From Tubiluchus corallicola (lineage: Eukaryota; Animalia; Priapulida), in assembly GCA_030141605.1 (NCBI GenBank), contig JAQGDQ010000058.1, positions 529,852 to 593,851 of the forward strand: a stretch of 64,000 nt of DNA, given 5' to 3'. Positions 55,820 through 64,000 of this stretch are shown here, piece after piece (position 1 is the first letter of the stretch; each line of letters begins with the position of its first letter). The notes beneath the pieces are model-generated. The model did no database searches. It was not told the origin of the DNA and was given only the letters and a program-made list of their open reading frames with translations. The position numbers and the translations under genes are program-made.

Positions 55820-58170
55820 AAGTGGAGCCCAAGAGGCGTTTTTTTTTCTAAAAGTGGGCAATATAGCTAGTCTTATCAATTTGACTATGCTGAACTCGAA
55901 AACTCTGTTACCAGCTAAAAAAGGCTAAAAAAACAAAAAAGTGCCTCCAAATTTTTGCACAAACAACGTAAATTAAGAGAAATTTTCAGAAAATTAACAT
56001 TAAGAAGTCAACATGACATTTATTCCAGAGTAGTTGGATCCGAGGAATGCATTTCTGTCATTTCCATTTCAAAAATGACTACCGTTTTGAAAATGGCCGC
56101 GACAATAATGAAATAATGCTGCCGATCAAGCAGTTTCATTAAACGCCTATAAATTTAATTGATAGTTTTGAAAACCATGTCCTAACTGTTAGCCGCAGTT
56201 AATATGAAAACTTTGGTGTCAAGATACAGATTAGATTTTCAGTTTCAAGGAGTCAATTCCTGGCGCTCAGAAACACTTATGACATCACCTCAGTTAGGAT
56301 TCTAAGATATCTGCCAAAATACTTGCAGCCGCTATTGTAATATATTAGCTATATCGTCCGACCTAAGGTAAATAGGATGATGATATTAGTATCTAGATGT
56401 AGGCTGTAAAGATCAAGAATTTAGGGTAATACCAATATGACCAACATTTTCAAAATGGTAACTGTTGCTAGATTATAAAAACTATATCTTTTGCCTTATT
56501 AAAATGTGGATGCCATTGATTCTGAAACAAATAAGTTCTGTAAACAGTCCTTACCAATACTGTTTGCGACCAGACTTCAGTTTTTACAGAAAGAGAAAAA
56601 AAATGGCTTGGCCCACATAACAGAAACATTTGTATCTTTAAAAACAGTACTAGAGCAGAACTATTGCCTGAACTCATGCCTGTGCTGAAACTGTACTCCT
56701 GTATCACAAAGCAGGCACGTTGACGTCAGTTTGCAAAGCATGTAGGCTTGTTCTCTAGAAAGGAAAGTTTTTTTTGGTGACAGTTCCTCCAACATACACC
56801 ACACTGTTGGGGCACCAGAGGAGTGGTATATCAGGCAGTACTGTTAGTTCAGGCATTGATCACTACCCTAGCACTACCCTGGCAGCCACCTAGAAATGGA
56901 CCTGGATCCCAAAATAATAGTCTCTTGTAAAACTGCGAAAAAACTTGCTCATGTCGTCTAAAAGTTACAATACTTTGCATAAACCTAAAACCCACCAAAA
57001 TGATTAATTTTGGACATGAGGCCAAACGAAAATCATCCAATATTGCCCCCATTTCAAAATGGCCTAGAAGATGGAAGGCTGTTGCTAGTTCTTTAAAGCC
57101 GTTTCTTAGCTGCTTGAGCACATTAGTGTTTTAAGCGTTAGTTATGTCTTGCTTGACCCTTGCATGGCACCAAAATCATCATCTTATCTGTTCTAATAGT
57201 TAAGATTAACCTAGCGAGCCATCCTATTGGTCAACTTGAAAATGGCGTCCATATTGGAGGATTTTTTCATCCAAAATTAATCACCTTGATATTCTTGCGT
57301 GCTAAGTTTCATAAATTTTAGGCGAAATGAGTAATTTTTCACGATTCTGCTGGTCTATACGTCGGGTACGAGGCGGCCATTTTTCTTTTTGCTTATTTCT
57401 TATTATTATTAGTCTAGCAGTATTTAGTTTCAACAAGGTCGAATTAATAAAAATGACTTGCTTTTTGTTTTTGTAATAAATCTTTAAGTGAAACAGGTAA
57501 TATAATCGGCATAATTTCGTTTTGTGTGATGGCCATTTTGAAAACCACGGCCATTTTTGTAGCAAAAGTAACAGAAATGGATTGGAAACGTGCTGGAATA
57601 GATGTCATCATTGATTCATAATATCAATTTTCTGGGAACCTGTTTTGATTTACATTGTGCGCGCAGTCTTTGCAGTCATTCGATTTTTTGCGTTTTTTAC
57701 CATTTTTCGTTCATTTTTCAAGTCGGCAACAGCTTTTTTTCGGATTCAGCGTAGTGTCATTGATAAGACAGGCTATAATGCCCACTTTTAGGAAAAAATA
57801 CCCCTAGAACTTTATAGCTGTACCTTTTCATGATTTTCTTCTAATCTAGTGGCGGACAGTTTGAAAGAGATCGTCATTTATTAATGAAAATTACAGAAAT
57901 GGTTTTCACGGGTCTAACTGCCATCAAATGGCTATCATAATGGTTTTTCAATGTTAATTTTATGGAAATTCCTCTTAATTTACGTTGTTTGTGCAAACAC
58001 ATGGCGGGAATCTTGTTTTTAAGTGCGTTTTTAACCACTTTTCGCTAATTTTTCCAGCTGGCAACAGATTTTTTCGGATTCAGCATAGTCAAATTGATAA
58101 GGCTGGCAATGTTGCCCACTTTTAGAAAAAGACACCCATAGAACTTTTTGGAAGCACGTTTTTCAGGATT
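55820..58170 (+). mobile_element. Decayed DNA transposon with long imperfect inverted repeats and an Academ-like transposase remnant
   Basis: Inverted repeat ~55840-56005 versus ~57945-58135, with an extra partial copy at 57725-57815 and many AAAATGGC motifs. Internal frameshifted motifs CDQTSVF, KKMAW, PPTYTTLLGH and VYQAVLLVQAL. The superfamily assignment is inference. Confidence 0.6.
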
Positions 58171-61100
58171 TGGGCCTGGACAAGCCAATTAGGCATTCTA
58201 GTCGTGAGACATTTAAAAAGCAGGAATGATGAGAAAATAGAAAATTTAAAGGACAAGAAAACGGATACCTGAAGTAGGTTTCAAAAAATCGCCTTAAAAA
58301 TTATATTACTTTACAGCGGTTTTATGCATATATCGTACTCGCGCTGAAAGGATTTTTTGTTGATTGCATTTTAAATCTCCAGCAGTACTATTCCGACGGC
58401 GCCATTATGTGACGACACCTACACAAACGTAAAGCAGGGAAAAAAGAAATGTTAAATTATGCCCCAAAAAACTTTCCATGCAAATCTATATTACTTAGCA
58501 TTTCGCTTACCTGCTGGAAAGACCTGTAACTAGAAATAATAATTTAAAATGTTCGTGCCAATTGATAAAATGTCTTTGACTCGCCCTTCAGGGTGCGCCA
58601 CTCACTACACAAAAATGTATTTTTAATCTTATTGACATGATACGGTAATTTAAAATTTTACTTAGTTGGTAACGTGTGTGCTACGAAAGCTCTGATTATT
58701 TTTCACACTTCACGCATTGTTATCTAAACGTGTTTCAAACGACCTACCATTAAAATGGCTGCGGTCATCGCGGAAGTTTAAATTAACAAGTTATATACAG
58801 CGTTACTGCCGAAGCAAGCCCTGCATGCAGAAAGGCAGTATGTAAGTGGTATCAAATTTCAAGACGAACTTTTTAAGCTTTATATAAGTAAAGGTTTTTT
58901 GTGCTTTAACAACACTGCAACAATGAAGCAGCTCAGCGCGAGATACCAGTGACGTCATGTTAAAACTTTCGTACCTCGTTACTAATAATTTTTCATCTGT
59001 CGCATTGAAAATGGAAAGATTCCAATGTTTGAACAGCCATAACTCATAAAAGAATCACCTTTATTAATTCTAGTGTATGAAAGTCAGTAAACACCATAAA
59101 CTTGGGTAGACTGGTAATTACAGGATAGCAAAAAGACAAAAATATGAATCACGAGTCAGGAGGCACTTTTGCAATTCTTTGCACATAAAATTGCTAACAT
59201 TTAAAATAGGATTATCAACTTTATAGGCAGAGAAATGCAGAAAAAAGACATATTTGTTTGTATGCCACTGTTTTAAATACTAGTCAAGTGCTTCAAGAAA
59301 AAAACTAATAATCTACACACATGTAACTGGCTGGACAAATTTGTATTTCAAATAAAGCGTGTTAATTTGTAACGTTGTGCCTGTATTATTGATCAATGAA
59401 CGTACTACTGCTGCTACTAATACTAGATATTAATATGATTTTATGTCTTTATTGTACTGATATTAGTATGGCTATCTTATCAATAAAGCTATGGATCAAG
59501 TCAGTTCTCACTGAGAAAAGTAATCAAATGTCAGAAAAACACACTGAACAGTTTTTTAATGTGAATAAAAACAAAAATCTGAAGTATAAATTATTTTTGT
59601 TTCATTAGAAAACTTGGACTTTTTTACTTGAACATCATTTAAATCTCTAGACATTGCTTTTTTTTCTTATTTACATTTGGCATCATTAACAACATATGAA
59701 TCTATTTTCATGGTAGAAAGTTTTATTTCAATGCAGAGAGAAAAAAATTTGAATGATTTTATTAAAAGAGCTTACTTTTTGACCATGCGCTTATATTTTT
59801 GCATCAGCTTTGCCAAAGTGTCTGTCTTAATTATCGCATCAGTGATACATGAACAATGAAACACTATTGCAAAAACTGTAATACAAGAAAGGGCAAAAGA
59901 ATAAGCATCTTGCATTTATCTTATTAACGAAATTTAAATTTATACGTATCACAAAGCATTGCAAGCCGTCAACACACACAAATGCATAATCTAAAATCGA
60001 CGGCATGACTGCGTAACCCGTTATTAACAAAAATAAAACATAAGAGTGAAAATTTAACACTAAGTAGAATTTACAATACATGAGCGTAAGTAAACAACTC
60101 ATTTTTAAATTGACAGATTCAAATTGTGCAAAATATTCAGAGAGAGCCATTTTGCAATTCCCTTTCAATACATTATAAAAGCTTATAAATAATTCCGGCT
60201 CTTGTGACAATATAGCTGACATTGCTCTAATGCTGTTGCTATTGGTGACATATTATCAAACCGTTGGTTGCTAACTTATAGCTATCGAAAAACACTAGCT
60301 CTGTATTGACGTCTAGGGCGAGCAGACTAGGGTCTGAAGTGGAGGTCTGCAGAGTTGAATAGCATGTTTGATCATCTCTTTTTGTGGGCGTAATCATTCA
60401 GTTTTCTTGCTGATACAGATTGCCGTAAAACGTATAGTTTGATTTAGAAGCGAACTTTGAACCCAGCCGGCAGTTCGAGAGCTAAATGTACTACTTCGTT
60501 GACTCCCTCCGAACAAGACTGTCAACATAATTACACATACCACAAATCAGACTTGCAGACCGGGAAATTTCTGTATTGCTATAAAAGCGCGTATCATCAG
60601 TTACATTTTGGGAAATCCTGTACATTTTCACAGGAAAAGCCGGAATTGTGCTCTGTACTATAGTGTGTAAATCAGCAATCAACAGCAGTGGACTGTGTCA
60701 CTGTGGTGTAGTGTATGCATATACTTATTCTTATGTGATCAACCTTTTATCTAAGTATAAGTAAAGGTAAGCAATGTATTCTTCTCTTTACGTTATCTTG
60801 TTGTTTACTTGATGTAAATGTATGTGTACTACAGAAAGTATAGTACGTAGTTTCATTGACTAACAGCACAATAAATACACGTATGCGGAACATTAATACC
60901 ATATGAGGAGATAAGAAAATACTGAAGTATTAAGAGAAAACAAGGTCACTAAAAAATGTGTGCAGATATAACTTCTGAAATTCATTGAAGAATATGATAA
61001 AAAACACGAGGATATTCATTTCAACTGATTTTGAAAATTTTGAAAATTGTTTATTACTGCTTTTACCGTAATAATAATTTACTGACACGCGTTATAAAGT

Positions 61101-61760
61101 TATTGCGGAAGCTGAGTCTGAAAATGTAACAATTTAGATCTGATTTTGGAATTCGCAGTTTTCTCTTCTGAGTGGGTCTATGCATGACACGCCTTCTAGA
61201 ACTTTCGCAAGCGCCATAATCAAACATTGCACTTATCTATAAACTGCGTAAGCATGGGTGTGTAAGCATTAACTGAGCATTTGGCTTACACATGCTAAGA
61301 AGTAATAAATTATGGTATGATAGAGTGCGAAGTAGCCAATTGCGATGTTACGTGATACTGTGTGGTGTGGTGTGCTGTGGTACGTGCAATGTGCTGTAAT
61401 TTGGTGTGGTGTGACTCCGTGTGATATAAAAGCACGACGTAAATGGCACAAGATGTACGACTTACGATATATCGATACAGTACGATTGCACAGTTGATAT
61501 ATTTTGCCAGTGTACTTGCAGTAAACAGGAGTTAATAATAAAATGATTTTCAAACACAAAAGGGTAAAAAATTCTCTGTTTAAAATCAATAAAAACAGAG
61601 TTTTGTTTTTTTGTGTATAAAGCTTTACACTGAAATGTCTAATTTTGCGTTAGATATTTTTGTTTTGTTAGATACTTTTGATCGGTTCTGTCAACAATTA
61701 AATACAAGCGTAAATTCTAAGGAGCGGTTTCCTCATCTTTTAAGTCTCTTTTTTTTCAGC

Positions 61761-63125
61761 ATGACTGGTTCGCACTCAACTCTCTCAAACGGTGGGCTAA
61801 AACAAAACTGTTATACAGTAAACAAAGATAATAAGAAAAACGAAAACACTGTTGTCAATAGAATCAAAACTTGCAATAGTAAACCATTAGTAGAAGATAT
61901 CAGCAAAAGCGCCACGCCACATAAGGAAAACGTCGTAGGAATAGATGGAATCTGGTACGATGTAGAGAAGTTTTATCAACACCACCCCGGCGGACCAATC
62001 ATCAAGAAATTTTTCGGAAAAGATGCCACATCCGTCTTCTATGCTTTTCATAAGAGTGACGAGGTATTGAAACGCAGACAGCGCGTAGGAAAATATGTTA
62101 GAAATTTTGATGATCCGGCTACCAAAGCATTTGAAGGGCTACGGCGTTTCTTCGAGGAGAGCGGTTTATTTGAGACCAACTACAGATGGTACGCTATGAA
62201 ATTTGTTGTTGCCGTTCTCCTACTTGCTGTAGTTTTTGCTATTGTGATTTATGGTGTAGGTGGGGGGTGGGGCTGTTGCTTTGCTGGGTTGGTTTTAGCA
62301 GCTTTTTGGCAACAGTGTGGCTTTCTCATGCACGATACTATGCACACGCAAGTTACACGCGTGCGCACATACGATCACATCCTAGGCACTATAACCGGTA
62401 CCATCTGCGTGGGCATGAGCGGCACCTGGTGGAGAGATGAACACTTTCTCCACCACTCGCTCACTAACGTCGTCGACTATGCTGAAGAGTTTGCCGATCC
62501 TCAAATGTGGGAGACGGTCTGGGCACAAAACGAGAAACTCTTTCCATATTTTCAAACACTATTTCAGCTAATCGCCATAAGAGTGCAGCACATAACGTTT
62601 CTCCCCATCTGTGTTTTCTTCGGACGCATCGCCATTGTTATTGACAGTTTCACCACTGAGCGTCATTGGTACGAATGGCTATCTGGAGCACTTCACTGGT
62701 CTTGGGTGTTTCTGCTACTGTCACTTACCGCATCATGGCGGGAGGCAGGCATTTTGTATGCTGCTGCTGCTATAGGTGAGGGGGTGCTACACATACAACT
62801 ATTAATCAGTCACTATGCCAAGCCGTTTCAGGTTAAGAGTAATATGCATGAGATGGAATTTTGTCGCTTCCAAGCGGAAGCCAACATCAATATTGTGAAT
62901 CCGGTCTGGATGGACTGGTTCCACGGAGGTCTAAATCTGCATCTGGAACACCACTTGTTTCCCAGGTTACCCCGGCATAATCTCAGGCGTGCTCAGCCGT
63001 ATGTGAGGAGGACTTGCCAAAAAGTGGGAATCGAGTACGATGAATGCACCTGGTTCGAGGCTATCAAACGAACATTAGCGCAACTTCGTAAAATGTCGAA
63101 TCACTTTAAACTTGATCCTCGCTAG
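61761..63125 (+). CDS. Cytochrome b5-fusion membrane desaturase (front-end / sphingolipid delta-8-like), intronless CDS, 454 aa
   Basis: HPGG heme motif; His boxes HDTMH, HFLHH, HLEHH; WMDWFHGGLN; LFPRLPRHNL. ATG at 61761 follows a polypyrimidine-CAG acceptor (5' UTR intron), so the ORF-track start at 61611 is probably intronic. Confidence 0.9.
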   Translation: MTGSHSTLSNGGLKQNCYTVNKDNKKNENTVVNRIKTCNSKPLVEDISKSATPHKENVVGIDGIWYDVEKFYQHHPGGPIIKKFFGKDATSVFYAFHKSDEVLKRRQRVGKYVRNFDDPATKAFEGLRRFFEESGLFETNYRWYAMKFVVAVLLLAVVFAIVIYGVGGGWGCCFAGLVLAAFWQQCGFLMHDTMHTQVTRVRTYDHILGTITGTICVGMSGTWWRDEHFLHHSLTNVVDYAEEFADPQMWETVWAQNEKLFPYFQTLFQLIAIRVQHITFLPICVFFGRIAIVIDSFTTERHWYEWLSGALHWSWVFLLLSLTASWREAGILYAAAAIGEGVLHIQLLISHYAKPFQVKSNMHEMEFCRFQAEANINIVNPVWMDWFHGGLNLHLEHHLFPRLPRHNLRRAQPYVRRTCQKVGIEYDECTWFEAIKRTLAQLRKMSNHFKLDPR

Positions 63126-64000
63126 TGCCACTTTAGATGCTGATTAGTTAGTGCTTTCACAAATTTCCCTAAAATATTTGATCAATTGGTACCCCTGTCA
63201 GAATCAGATGTGCGTAGTTGCTCATCTTGGGCGCGTGACTTCTTCGACACAAGGCTGAGCAAATTCTGTCTGTGGTTAACTACACACTGCTACATTTATC
63301 ACATTTCGTGGAAATAATCAAGGAGCATACCTCAGAAATTTATAAAAGCAAACTGCACACTCGTAAAAATAATCAAGAAGCATACTTCAAAAATTTATAA
63401 AAACAAACAAACTTTCTTTAATATATTAACTAAACTTAACTAAATTTAATAGAAACTTAACATAAGATTTAATGTTAAAAATAAACAGCCAGTTTGGCTG
63501 CTTCCACAACAGGGAACCATCTTGCTCTCAAAATTTAGTTTGGCAGTCTCGCGAATCTCACACAGCCTGCAATCTTAGGGTATGATCGGAGCAGCGCCCT
63601 GAAAACTCTTTTTACTTTATTGAAGTAAATAATTTAACCCACAGTTTCTTGTGCTCTGGTTATCTTACTTTTTCGGGTGCCAAAACTATGGGTCCCCGAA
63701 CTAACGGTTTCCCTATGAATAAACTATAATAGCGTGTTTACTGTGTAAAAGAATTGTGAAACGGCAATAAAGTTAATCTACAAAACTGTAATGATTGTCA
63801 CTGCTAAATGTTGACATAGTTCATCTTAGTAGTAAGTTCAAGTCAAATTTAAATTCTTTTGAAAGTTCACTATGTACATTATGTGTTGTGTTGCTGTACA
63901 TATTAAGTAAGATTGCAATAATCGCTGTAAGAAAATTTCTCAATTGTGAAGATTTCTCAATTTCATACCGACGATATTGTTGTGCTGCGTGATAGCTGTA

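Noticed and set aside
61611-61760. N-terminal 50-aa extension of the desaturase ORF
   Set aside because: Starts at a non-ATG codon and ends in a strong splice acceptor; likely 5' UTR intron.

Overview
AT-rich, intron-containing, repeat-rich eukaryotic DNA from a non-vertebrate animal (no operons, RNA genes or CRISPR seen). Splicing by hand gives six protein-coding genes. (1) A 5'-truncated DUF229 alkaline-phosphatase-superfamily ORF. (2) A 10-exon minus-strand gene, largely invisible in the ORF track, encoding a type II membrane anchor, furin site, short collagen and spongin/short-chain-collagen-C4-like domain. (3,4) Two tandem 3-exon LRR single-pass receptors sharing a KQTKYVSM tail motif. 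(5) A GABA-B-receptor-like class C GPCR (at least 17 exons, minus strand) with an altered ligand pocket. (6) An intronless cytochrome-b5-fusion desaturase with an atypical HLEHH third box. The most unusual signals are inside the GPCR: one intron is bracketed by complementary (GA)n/(CU)n tracts and its best-fitting donor is non-canonical (AG|GGAAGT), and an antisense copy of exon 5 sits about 9.5 kb downstream in another intron. Many TE relics are present (Gmr1-type Gypsy, several LINEs including a TSD-flanked RTE with a duplicated 3' end, a hAT with 8-bp TSD, an Academ-like element, foldback/MITEs, 5S-like SINEs), plus long microsatellites. All gene models were read manually and are unverified by transcript data.
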